Source: Klebsormidium nitens
Taxonomy: Eukaryota > Plantae > Klebsormidiophyceae
Direction: 5' to 3'
DNA length: 64,000 nt
Assembly: GCA_000708835.1 (NCBI GenBank)
Contig: DF236970.1
Span: 186,001-250,000 of the forward strand
In this document: positions 1 through 12,361 of the stretch, in pieces
How the letters are laid out: every line of letters begins with the position of its first letter
Numbering within the stretch: the stretch's first letter is position 1
Notes under the pieces: generated by a model
What the model saw: the letters and a program-made list of their open reading frames with translations, nothing else
What the model was told of the DNA's origin: nothing
Database searches by the model: none
Program-made: the position numbers and the translations under genes

Positions 1-96
1 ATGTCTAAGTGTCCGGACCCTGAGACCCTGAGACTCTGATATTCCGAAAGCTCAGAATGTCAAACACTCAACCCCACAGCGCCCTTCTGTCTGCAG

Positions 97-3000
97 GCGT
101 GAAGTCGAGCCAGCTGTCGGGTACTATCCAGAACGACATCCTAAAGGAGTACATGGTGCGCAACACGTACATCTACCCCCCCGCGCCGAGCATGCGCATC
201 GTTGGTGACATCATGGCCTACACTGCGCAGCACATGCCGCGCTTCAACTCCATCTCCATCTCCGGCTATCATATGCAGGCGAGTTGCTTGTGTGCAGTAT
301 GTTCTTGTACTCTTCTCAAGATCCTTGGGAAGTAATAAGCTTTATTGCTGATGTGGGCTCTTTGTACGCTGCAGCTCGCATAGGGACACCTCTCCATCTT
401 GGAACGAGAAACCAAACCGTCATCTGCAGGAGCAAAAGGGTTGACGAAAGAATTTAGAAAAGGGTATAGAGGAGGGTAAACACTTCTGCAGGAGGCGGGC
501 GCAAACAGCACCCTCGAGCTCGCATCCGGAATATTCTGATGAACTTCTGGGGTCTGATGTCAACCCGAAAGCACAACCGTCAAGTTAGATGTCAGATAAC
601 AGGGTTTATAATGTGGTCAGCCATAGGCTTAAAGAAGGAAGATAAGATATGGCTTGATCATTTTTCCTGCCGGAGGCGAGCAGTAACAGCACTCTGGAGT
701 TCGCCTTCACGATCGCCGACGGTCTCAAAAATGTGACAAAATAGCTCAGAAAAGGTCCAACGAAATAATTAGAGGTGGGTTAACAAGAGGTTTGATACTT
801 CTGCAGGAGGCGGGCGCCAATAGCACTCTGGAGCTCGCCTTCACGATCGCCGACGGTCTCGAGTACGTGCGCTGCGGAACGGAATCCGGTCTCTCCGTCG
901 ACGCCGTTGCGCCACGGTTCTCCTTCTTCTGGGCGATCGGGATGAACTTCTACATGGAGATTGCGAAAATGCGCGCGGGGCGTCGACTCTGGGCGAAGCT
1001 GGTTAAAGAGAAGTTCAACCCGGTTAAGGAGCAGTCTATGGTGCTGAGAACCCACTGCCAAACGTCGGGTTATAGCTTAACTGAGCAGGACCCATATAAT
1101 AACATAGTTAGGACGACGGTCGAGGCGATGGCAGCGGTTATGGGCGGGACGCAGTCGCTGCACACCAACTCGTTCGACGAGGCGCTCGCGCTGCCTTCGG
1201 AAACGTCGGCGAGGATTGCAAGGTATGGAGATTTTGGCACGTGGAGTGAATGACTCGTGACCGACCCTTTGGGTTGGCTCTTTTGTTCCGGTGCTCAAAT
1301 CGCCGCTTTGCCTCTATTTTCCAGCGACTGAAGCATAGCGCACTGATTGAGCAAAGCATACACAGGGCGGAATGATCCAAAGGAGCCGTCTGCTTCCTAC
1401 GCTGTTGGGTTTCTCCTCGCTACATTGGTTCCCATTCCACACAGGCAGTCTCATATTTGTGTTCAGACCTTATATAGAGCCTGCCCCACTGGTTCCGACC
1501 TCCGTCCCTAACCTGGAAATTAAGAAGAGGGCACGTGTTTCTGTCTCCTTCTCTCCCTCCCGATACCCTCTCTCTCCCTCCTTTCAGTCCCGCCATTTTA
1601 TCAGCCGGTAATTGGTATTGGAATTCTATTGACCTTTTTTAGAAAAGCCCACGGTCATGGATTCATCCTGTCTGTTCAGGAACACGCAGCTGATCCTCCA
1701 GGAAGAAACGGGTATCACCAGTGTGGCGGACCCTTGGGGGGGGTCGTTCTTCATGGAGGCCCTTACTGCAAAGCTGGAACAGCAAGCACTGGAAGTGATT
1801 ATCGAAGTCGAAGCAAAGGGGGGAATGACGGCAGCCATTCAGTCGGGGATGCCGAAGCGGCGAATCGAGGAGTGCGCGGCCCGAAAGCAGGTGGGGATCG
1901 CAAGGCCCCAACAAACCGTCCGGAAGCTGTGTGCAAGTGTCCGTAAGCCTTGCGTATCGTCCGAATGTGTCCGGAAGGTGTCTGCAGGAGTCCGGAGATT
2001 GTTCGTGGTCCAAGCTGTCGGTGAATGATTAGAGTCTGTCTGCATCTGTTCGAAAGTTGTTTCCAATCAATTTGAAGGCTGTACTGACTTGTTTGAGAGT
2101 AACTTGTGTCTTTCAGAAATGAAAAGCTGTTAATAGAAGGCTCTAAATTTGTCCGCGAATGATCGAGAAGTGTCCAGATATGACCGACAGCTGCCGGAAC
2201 GTGTCCGGAAGCTGCCTGCAGACACCGAGAAACGTCTGCAAAGTCAACCAGATGTCTGGAATTTCTCCACAGGTTCCAAATACTGTCCGCAAACCTTTGG
2301 GAGCGGATTGAGGTTGGAGTAGTTGAATTGTGCTCAGGAACGTTCAAAACACCAATGCATCTCGGAGTAAGCATCTCTTCAGCTCGATTTGTCAATGCCC
2401 TCTGATTTCGTCAATGTGAGGGGGACGGAGGAAGCTGCTCGATTAAAGGAGGGCTCCAGGTTCTGAGAAGCGCATATATATTTCATCCAGGGTTACGCAT
2501 TTTCGACATCCTTCTCAAAACTATACCTCTCAACACTACTCTCTCTGCATTTTTCGAACCCGTTTCCGTTCACACCCGCAGGCCCGGATAGACAGCGGCC
2601 AGGAGGTGATTGTCGGTGTGAATAAGTACCGGCTGCCAACTGAAGAGAAAGTCGAGGTGCTGTCGATTGACAACAAAGCGGTGCTGGCCAGCCAACTAGA
2701 GCGGCTAGAAAAAGTAAGGGCGTCGCGGGACGGGGAGAAAGTGCAAGAGGCGATGGACCGACTGACGGAGGCTGCAGCGGTGAGCGGCAGTTTTGATTCA
2801 CTCCCGATTTTGGTCGCGAACGCCCTTGATGTCAACACGAGGATGACGTCATTTGGGGTTACTCATAATGAGCCAGATTGGGCGAGCATGAAAGCCCTGC
2901 TTCCGTTGAGGCCTTCGAGCCATTTGCACTTCGCCTCCCCAGATTCCCGTCGGTGGTAGCCTATCATCATGCCAGCGGTCAGATGCGCCTCATACACTCC

Positions 3001-5358
3001 TCCGCCTCCCTCTCAACTGCTTGGTGTTGGTTCTTTTCAGGCTTCTTGCTAGGCTTATGTTTGCCCAGCTTTTGTGGCTTCAAACATCAATCACCGCTTC
3101 ACACCCCAGGCTACTTCCACACTGACGCCTCTCCTCCCCAAACGGCCGTTCTCTGTCCGAGTCTTAAGGATTGTTGCCCTCGCCGGCCTCAAAACTTAGA
3201 ACTTCAAATCTCTATCATGGCAGAAAATCCTCACCTTTCCGCAGTCCTCCTGCTTCGCCTCCTAGATTTTCTCCCGCCCGGATACTCAAACCCCTGAAAG
3301 CTGGTAAGCTTTGCCGTCCTGCAGTCCCCGGTCTGCGCTTCCCACAACCTCCTGACGGTTAGGTACACGAAGTGTCGTAGTCATTTAAAAACAGCATTTT
3401 ACAGTCCGAGGATCGATGGGTCTGCTCGGAGTTCATGGTGGGTCCGGGTGCGAAGTGCGAGTAGTAAGGCTAGGGTTGTCCAATGACTTTCTTTGCCCGG
3501 CAAACTGGCCTTTTTACGTGGAGCTTATCTTATCATAGGTCCAAGGGTTTTTGTAACAGCTTTTATTCCTGCAGTCTCCAGACCGCTCCGCCCACAATCT
3601 GCTCGCGCTCACCGTCGCGGCAGCGCGCGCGCGAGCCACCGTGGGCGAAATAAGCTATGCGCTCGAGAAGGTGTTCGGGCGGCACCGCGCGGACAGCTCC
3701 GTCGTATCCGGAGCGTACAGTACAGCCGTTGGCGAGGGGGGCGACGAAGAGATGGAGAAAGTGCGGGAGCTTGTCGCCCATTTTGCGGACGCGGAGGGGC
3801 GGAACCCACGGATACTTGTCGCGAAGGTGGGAAAACTTTTGAGTTTCTTGAGCGGTTGATTGGGGAGCTCAAGAGAAGGGTTTGTGGTTTCAGAGGTGAC
3901 TCAGACGCACGCGCTTTCGGCTTTATGTTGTTCCTTTCTGAAGTTATGGCGACCCTTTGTTGAGGTATTATCCAAAGGGTGCGACAGAATGGTGTAAAGT
4001 TGTTGCTCTCATGTTGACCCCTCAGTTCTTGGTACGTGTCTCGCCCTCTGCCCTGCGTGCCTCTTTCGGAGTCATTAAGTGGAGCCGTTGCTTCATCGGA
4101 CGAGTTGGCAAAGAACGCGCAATTGAGTTTGACATTCGACGCCTTTCAGGCTGATGCTGTTCCATCCTAATTGAATCAGAGACGCCGTATAGCTTAGGAT
4201 TAGAACGACGGGAACGAAGCTCAGTCGAGGGCGGAAGGGGCGAGCTAAGCCGATTGTGTTCTCGAACGAGTATAATCGGGTTGAATTACCTGCAACCACC
4301 TGTCGACATCAAGGCAAGGCAAGAGAAGTCTTTCAGGCTCTTAAATTCGCTGGCGTCTTCTAACTTCTGATAAAACCATACCCGACCAAAGAGACGGGCA
4401 GCAACCTACGGCGTCAGAAAACGTGCCAACCGAATTTTTATGAAATGCAGACTGGTCAAGACTGGCCCAACCCAGTCGTCAAGGTGAGTGCGACCGGGTT
4501 AGTTGACCTGGGTTCCAACGTGACACTACGAATCACAGCTTGCGCTCTGGCTTCTCTTCTTAGCGAAACCCAACTGGAATCGTTGGCGACCAAAGAAATG
4601 GAAAGATACTATGAAAGGACACCAAATGCATCCTTGACCTTGTTTCTAACCCAGATGGGTCAAGATGGCCATGATCGGGGCGCCAAGGTGATCGCGACCG
4701 GGTTAGCGGACCTGGGTTTCGACGTCGACATCGGACCGCTTTTTTCGACGCCCGAGGAGGTGGCGCGTCACGCCGTGGAAGCGGACGTGCACTGCGTGGG
4801 GATAAGTAGCCAGGCGGCGGGGCACCGGACGCTCGTACCACAACTTGTACAGGTGAGCGTCCGGAAACCGTCCGGAAGTCGTTCAGACTGATTTGAGTAG
4901 CGTCCGAATAGCGTCCAGTACCGTTGGCATAAGATGTCACGCGGAGGAAGCGGACGTGCACTTTGTGGGGATAAGCAGCCAGGCGACGGGGCACCGGACG
5001 CTCGTTCCGCAACAGGTAAGCGTCCGCAAAGACTTCGCATCACATCGAACACCGTAAGTTTAATAGTTCGTTTCACGATTGCCTCTTGTCCGTATGTCTA
5101 GTGTTAGTGTCTTGAAACGAACGGCGTTCAGACCCGTAAAACTTGTGCTATCCGTCATTGCAGGCGCTTAAAGACCAGGGTCTTGCTGACGTCCTCGTGG
5201 TGGTTGGTGGTGTCATCCCCCCCGACGACTACGACTTCCTCTACCAGTCGGGTGTCGGGGCCATATTCGGCCCGGGGACTCGCATTCCGGCTGCTGCTCA
5301 GGATATCCTGTCCAAGATCAAGCGACAAGAGCCAGAAAAACAAGAAGCGACTGGATGA
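97..5358 (+). CDS. MUT: Methylmalonyl-CoA mutase (adenosylcobalamin-dependent), 3' part; 5' exons lie outside the window
   Basis: join(<97..278,807..1222,1680..1890,2582..2779,3575..3826,4655..4852,5164..5358). Motifs [54 protein letters not shown]12-binding [23 protein letters not shown]. First intron (279..806) has a GC donor (gcgagt). Confidence 0.96.
485..726 (+). repeat. Two intronic echoes of the MUT acceptor + exon start (exon at 807)
   Basis: 485-530 ctgcag gaggcgggcgcaaacagcaccctcgagctcgca and 668-726 ctgccggaggcgagcagtaacagcactctggagttcgccttcacgatcgccgacggtctc, versus the real ctgcag gaggcgggcgccaatagcactctggagctcgccttcacgatc. Confidence 0.9.
3304..5025 (+). repeat. Further MUT exon-edge echoes (3304-3360, 4443-4525, 4944-5025)
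   Basis: 3304-3360 copies the acceptor + start of exon 3575. 4443-4525 copies the start of exon 4655. 4944-5025 copies the end + donor of the exon ending at 4852. Confidence 0.8.
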
Positions 5359-6707
5359 TTCATCCGACTAGGATGACGTCCTTGTCCCAGTTGCGAATTG
5401 TCACCACTTGTAAAGTGTTTCTTCGCGTTGGCGGCTTCGATCCTCTAGAGCTAGTCAGCCTTTCAACTAGTTTGATTTGGAGGGTGACGTCAACTTTGAC
5501 CCTTAGCAGCCTACCGAAAGGTCTGAGTTTGTGCGAGGCAGAGCGATCGAGAGACTAAACTGGCATGCAGAGGATATGCACGAGTGTAAATAGATCGGCA
5601 CCAAGTATGAGCTAGCGCGTCCCGTGACGGTTCGAACATTTGGAGCCGACTGCATCGACAAATTTCCATCATGATCTGTGCATGACCTCTGCAGTTGAAA
5701 GCGGGTGTCTGGTCGAATATTACGGCATGATGCCAGCTAGCTTTCCGGGCTTTCAACTTTCTTATCGCTTGCATCCTCTTCCGGCACGCGGTGCATCCGC
5801 TTCAAGTTTAATTCAAGCTGACTACGTTCTCGCTTCTCTGAGGCCCGAACAGGCCTAAGTTCAGTGCAGATCATGTACAGGCCGCTTCACACTTGCAGCG
5901 CGCTCAGTAGGTCGCATATGGCATATTACATATGTGCTTATAAGCAGCAGGGAGCTAGGGCCAATCAACATTTCAAGTAGGGCGACGATCTCCACGATTG
6001 AGATCGCGTTCGTATATGGTCGTATTGAAAACACTCACAGTGACTTACTCATGCGCATATAATAACGGCTGCTGCATGCATATAAGGGACCTCTCAAATT
6101 GAGTAAAAATCTGCACAGCAATCAGCTGCGATCCAAAGCTTACAGCCGCTAGCTTTGTGATCACAAAGCTACCTGAGTGCTCCAGAAGCTACCTGTGAGC
6201 CAGGCTGCATCGTCTAGCCAGGCCATCTGAGGTTGGAGATCCAAGACGTTTATGAAGGCAGCTATAGCCGTGAGTCCTTAACAGTACCTTGAAAAATACC
6301 TTGATTATCAGAAAGGCATGATCGATAGCACTGTCTCCTGAGGAAAGATCATCCGAAAAGCTCATACAAATAGACTCTTGAACGCTTCGCTAAACCGATT
6401 CAACCAGATTGACCTTCGCCGCAAGCTCAAGGCTATCTTTTTGCGTGTCAGTTGCTTCATCTTAACTCAGTCAAAGCTCTTGCCTTTTAGGCGATCGCTC
6501 TAGTTTGCGTTGCTCTGAATGCACTGAGTGCTAACAGTACTCCGATTCAACATTGGCCTGTATCAAAGGCCTTGGAAGTTCATATGTACGCGCGTGATAA
6601 CTTCATCTCGCCTGGTCATTGCTTGGCTTTGACAGGACCTTGTTTACAAAATTCAAATCGCACTATGACACTCCCAACCAGATCGTCGGGCAAGCGACCA
6701 GCTAATC

Positions 6708-9700
6708 TCAAATCTCCACGATTTCGGGGCTGCCTAGAACCTTGTGCTTTAGCCCAAGGCTCTTCAGTACCTACCAAAGAGATAAAAAGACAACATGAGC
6801 TGGGTTTGTAATCGGTCACTTTGATGTTCTTTGTTCCGTTTGTGAACTGTCAACGCGCTAGGTCTTCGTTTGTAAAGGAAGATTCCTTACTAAACAGCGG
6901 AATTTCGTATGATCGAAGGAAGGGAGGCCGAAGCGGCATGTTGCACCATGCGAACGGCCAGAAGCTGAATTGGACTTAGTCTTTGTAAGAACTCTCCTGC
7001 TTCAATTGTACGGGAAATCTACCTCAACAATGTGCTAACGCGAATGTCAACCTCATACGGATTTCCTTAAATACCCCCCGAAGTGGGTTGCCTGATAAGA
7101 AAGATAAGCCTGACAACTCACTGGCAGCGAGAGGAAGAAGCGAATGAGGCACGAAACAGACGTAAGTCCGTGACGGCGCCCATCAAAATCGGTCAACCGC
7201 GTAACAGCGCACCCGTCCCTATGGCTTTAAGGTTTGCACTTAAAATAAAGAGCCGTACACCTTAAGCGGACAGGGAATGCGACAATCTCGTGCGGAGGCG
7301 GGGGAGGTCATTGGCGCAGCGGTAAAACTGGTCAAACTTCACCTTGCAACGATTAGTCCCGCGTGATGTTTGATACACAAGTATGGCATACTTGGCTCTG
7401 AAGAACACGACTTGAAAATGGAGAGTACCTCAAGTCAGATATAAATAGCCCTCAGAGGTTTGCGGAATTAGCCTCCAAGAACCTCGGACGGGGCGCACCC
7501 ACCAGGTTGTTGGCATAGTGGTCGAAGCGGTCGGAAGTATCTTCGAGTTTCTTTGAGACATGTAGGTTCAAGAGACACCATCAGCCAATTCTTCAGGGCA
7601 ACGGGGTTGCACGAGGAGCTTTTTGCGTTCCGTGCACCGAATCTTCCAAGACTATAGTTCCGCCCGGGATTCCGAGTTCGGGGTTTGGAAGTGTTAAAAC
7701 CCCGCATGAGGCCGCACCGCACACCTGGTCGGTAGCATAGTGGTGGACACGGTCGGAGCTATCTCTCAGTTTCCGTGTGGCTTGCAGACTCGAGAAATAC
7801 CACTGAGCGACTTTTCTGGGCAACGGGATCGCAAACTGGGATTTCCGGGTTCTATCTACCAAATTTTGCAAGATTTTGGGCTACCATGTTACACATAACT
7901 TGAAAGACGGCCTGACGCACCTGGTCATTGGCGTAGTGGTAAACCCGGTCGAAGTTATCGACGCACGCGGCCTCGCGCCCCGCATCCCCGTGCCCATGGC
8001 AAAACTTGCACCCGTTGAAGTGGCACGTGAACGGGAGTTTCTCGCCGCTGCTGCCCCCTCCTATCTGGTCTAGCCTTTTGAGGACGTCAATGAACCTAGA
8101 GGAACGAGCGGAGCACGATGTGCTTAGGCCTGGGGGTGGTGTTAGAAGGCCGCAAGAGCGCACGCAGGTGCCAGTACACTTCACCGGGTGAAAATCAAAG
8201 GCCTTATTGGAAAGAGCATGTTTAGATCGAAAAAGTAGAGCGACTCTGAGCCTTCCGCTTCAAATTCGGCTTGAAAATTGAGCGCTGACGATTTCAGTAC
8301 GTTCACAACAGAAGAGAACTTTGTAAGTGACTTACATCTTACTTACAAGAGAAGAACAAGATTCGGCAAGATGTTTCGATGGTCACTCGTGGAGATTCTG
8401 CTTGCTTTCTTCTGGCTTTTTAAACGTCCCCTATAGAATCTCCATTGAGGCAAGTCTTTGAAAATTGTAACGCGACCTGTCGTGAACGAATTGAACCTGA
8501 AAGCAAAGAATCGGCCGCCAGCTACGATGAGGGAACCTACGTTCAGCGGCTCTTATGGCAGACGGTCTCCAAACAGGGCAACCGTTGCTGCTGAGATCCG
8601 CGAGCCTGCGACTTTCCCGGTTAACAGTCTGCAATACTTTTGTGAGTTGTTTACGGAAATGAAAGAAAGGCGAGCAATCGAGGACACTCCTCGACTTCGG
8701 AGCAAAAAGGGAGAGCGAAATTTGTAAGCCTCCTCAGCAGAACGGAGAAATTTTAACCCACAACAACTGGTACCCAAAAGGGATCCCTCACCAGGTGTTA
8801 AAAATAAACTCCTCGTCTATGTAGGTCTTCGTCGCCCACTTCTCCGGGAAGGTGGACAGCAGGTAGACGGTGCTGCTCTGGTCGTCCGCCGGAAAATCTG
8901 CAGGCGACACATTTGCGTGATTTGCGCCATTGTTGTGAGTGCGCCCGTCCAGGGCGTGAACGCGTCGATTTAGAGTGCGGATGCGCCCGTTCGAAACGAT
9001 TTGCAGATTTCGAACCGTTCCTGAAAGCTCTCATTCATTCCTTGAGTGAGTCGAGGACCACTTTTTGAGAAACACATCGCGGGAAGAGAAAGACAAGAGC
9101 TTTGCTTTGTGCTTTCTGGCACAAGGGTGTGAAGACGCGTAGCTGTAGACGTCATGAAAGGGCTCCTCATCCAGTCACACTAAAGATGCTACGTGTGTGC
9201 TAATTCGCAGCGAATCTTTCCTCTTTTCAAACCTTGTTTTGTCCGCAGGACAGAGCTTCTGCAGACCGTCGTGGCTCGTCGCTCGAATCAAGCGAGACTC
9301 GGAAGACGTCTCGCAGGATCAAGCTGGATCATTGCCAAAGCATACACAAGGTCGGCGCTGCTCTTCTGACGAAATGTCTAGGACTTCGAAGATCCCCAAC
9401 TCAATGCTTCACTTCAAACGGCTCAACCTGGCCTCCTATTCAAATTGATGGCAAAATCTGATCTTCGGCCGTTGGATGGCTGGCGTCCAGGTTATCGTAG
9501 GGGCCAGCTTCTGCGGCTCGGGCAGGACTTGAGGATCGACTCAACTGGAACTTGATTCAGCCGGCGAGACTTTGAACAAAGGTGCAGTGGGCTCGTTTGC
9601 TGTAGTCTCTCACCCTGAGCAGCCTCCTTCCGTCCCTTCAACTTCTCGTTGAGCAGTCGCCCGAAGGAGTCGCGGACCTCTCCCGCCTCCCCGGTCGCGA

Positions 9701-12361
9701 GCAACGCGTCCAGAAACTCGAGCGACCACTCCGTGTTGCGGAGCAGAAAAACGCCCGTGTTCAAGCCGAGCCAATGCGGCTCCTCGAAAACCTGATCGAC
9801 AAAGACCTAGACTCTTTCAAAAGGGCGTTTAGTGACGTCATCACTTCGATCATTTCAAGAAAGGCCAATCAGAAACTCTGCTCGGGGCAGAAACGCTGAC
9901 GCCAGTTTCTTGGCGACAGACGACCAGTAGGCCATGCTTCATTGTCGCTACGTGACGGCAGGCATATCTTCAAAGATCCAGAGTCTAAAAATATAGTTTC
10001 GTCCAAGACCCAGCTCTGTATGAACCAGCATTCTTCGACGGTTGAGGAATTGCAAACCGGAATCCTCAGGCTGACCTCAAGTTGCAGCACTCTTGTTCCG
10101 GGTTTGCCGAACCTATTGCCTATAAAAGTTGGGCCCCCTATGGTCCGACCGACCGACTTTTTGCCTGAATCCCCCAAGAGGGTTTTGTCACTCCGGCAGC
10201 TGATAGAAAATGACGTTGGTTTTGTCTGCATCATAATTCCGAATCCGATCTGGTTCGGACCATCCCCGTAGAGAGGTTGTCACACTCTGAATACACAATC
10301 CCATCGAAAAGAGTGATCGAGCGGTCCTGTCGCTTTCGTTTCATTTCAAAGACAACTCCGAATGCAATCAGTTGCTCTCTTAAACAAACAGTGATCAGCG
10401 AATCCTGTCCTGATAGTTCAGTCAAAACAGTCATCAACCAAAACCCCGTTGTTCTTTTCCAAAGCAAGCACAGAAGGGTGGACATGGCAAGAGACAATAT
10501 CTTGCAGAAAGGGGGACCAGCTCTGTAAAAAGAAAGAACTTCCGATTTTAAAAGTTTTTGATTCGGTGGACTATGAAAGTTTTGCCTGCGAAATTACAAA
10601 GTAATTGATAGGACGACTGAATGGTTCCTCGCTCCTTCTGAACGTGGCGTAGGGTCGTTGAGCGAAAACGTGTTTACACACAAGGAGGACAATCGAGAAA
10701 CAGCCATGGAATAGAAGCTTGACATCTGATTCAGTTCAGAGATGTAATCTGCTCAACTGTCTGGGTGTTGTGACTCGCTCTCACCCGTATTCTATCCCCG
10801 TGTAAGACGAAGTCGTAACCTTCATATTTCTCCAACGGTATCCGCATGCTCATGTCCGTTATAAGGACGTCCGTGTCGATCCACTGTACGACAAACAGCC
10901 GTTGAAGGTCGTTGCGAAAATCGTTCAAGTAATTTGTTAGTCTCGTCAGCGCAAGAACTAGGTGAGCAGAGATGAAGCGCTGTGAATGCCTCTGTTCAGC
11001 ATTCTTCCATTCAGTGACGTTAGAGGCGGATCCGAACATCAGTTCGTCTCAAGGTTCACGGAACCATTCGAAGCTTTGACATTTTCGGTGAATATAAGCA
11101 GATCTGGACGTATTTCAGGCCTTCGGATCGATTCAAAGGCACTCGAGCCCCAGTTTGACGCTTGTAGATAACGGGGACACTGAGAAGAAAACACATTTCT
11201 TTAATGACATCCTGAGAGCAACCGTATTGAGTGTATTGAGAAACAGAGAAGGATTACACGATCACCAGAGCTGTTGAAAAGATGATCCTCACCAGAAACC
11301 ACTCCATGCTGGGGTTGGCGAGCATCAGTTTCTTCAGCAGGATGATCTTTACCCACCAATTATCGAACTTAGAATCGAGCATTTCAACACTATTCCACAA
11401 GCTGTAATTATGCAACCTGCAGGTAAGGGGAACTGGCTCAATTGAAAGCCAGTTCAGATCTCTGGATTGTAGGATCGAAACAGCAAATAAAGGCGACGCT
11501 TGATGAGGGGACCATACTGTCGTGTGACGAGAGCGGATCCACTATTCATTGCATGGATCCACACTCGAAGGTCTAGGATTGAAAACTTAGAGAGTTATTC
11601 TCTTCTCACAATTACTACAATAACCTCTATCTAAACATCAAAACGCTGCAGCCAATCCAACAAAGCTACAGTAAAGACTACAGATTGACAGCGATTTTTT
11701 GGAACAGGAAGTTTGAGAAGATGATGGAGGGAGGGCACACCTGGCATAGTCAATCTTGTTTTGTAGCGCCTTTAAAGTGAATTCAGACCCTCTATACGTC
11801 TCGCAATGTGCGGTGTCTACCGCTGTGACCAGCAGGAGGTTTGGTCTTTCCTCTTCATTTTCGACGCTGAGTACGGAATCTCCTATCACAACCAGAAAAA
11901 GAGTGACCCTTGAGCCAAGCCAAAGTATAAAGTTTCAGAAGTGCATAGATTGATCCCCTTGCCAGCGATTAAAATTGAGAGTCAAATCTGGGCCAGGGTA
12001 GTGGCGATTGAGCCCAGCTTTTCTTACAGGCGATGGTGGCCTTGAGTTCCGACTTTCCTAGCACTGTCTCCTGCACCTTCTTTAGAACCTGATGCACCTG
12101 CCATTAGGATGAGCACCAGCTAAGAGCATTCAGTAGCTTCAAGGATACAATTTCAAGGATACAAAGCATCTTTCAGCTAGCAGGCTGCTCACCAAAGTGG
12201 CCATTGCCTTCTCGCAAAGGTTGGCCAGAATTTCTAACCCCATCTGGGCCCCACTTTCTTGCAAACTCATCGCCTCGACAATCTCTTGACCAGGCCAGAA
12301 GCAAGAGTCTTCCACCAAAGAAGATCACAGCTAGCACAAAGAACAGCGTGAGAGACCGCAT
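6708..12361 (-). CDS. GT34 family (XXT/GMGT/GMA12-MNN10-like) alpha-1,6-glycosyltransferase, paralog a, ~351 aa, type II membrane protein
   Basis: complement(join(6708..6770,7921..8095,8792..8897,9614..9791,10785..10883,11293..11416,11741..11882,12193..12361)), all phases consistent. Motifs LQNKIDYARLH, WFLWIDTDVLITDM (DxD), WLGLNTGVFLLRN, ADDQSSTVYLL, HFNGCKFC, FDRVYHYANDQVL. N-terminal signal anchor MRSLTLFFVLAVIFFGG. Confidence 0.9.
7490..7770 (-). repeat. Two echoes of the GT34-a exon end + donor (exon ending 7921)
   Basis: gaccgtgtccaccactatgctaccgaccag|gtgtgc (~7720-7770) and gaccgcttcgaccactatgccaacaacctg|gtgggt (~7490-7545), versus the real gaccgggtttaccactacgccaatgaccag|gtgcgt. Confidence 0.8.

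Noticed and set aside
6326-12075. Shared 15-mer tagcactgtctcctg at ~6326 and ~12060
   Set aside because: Similarity does not extend; insufficient to call a repeat family.
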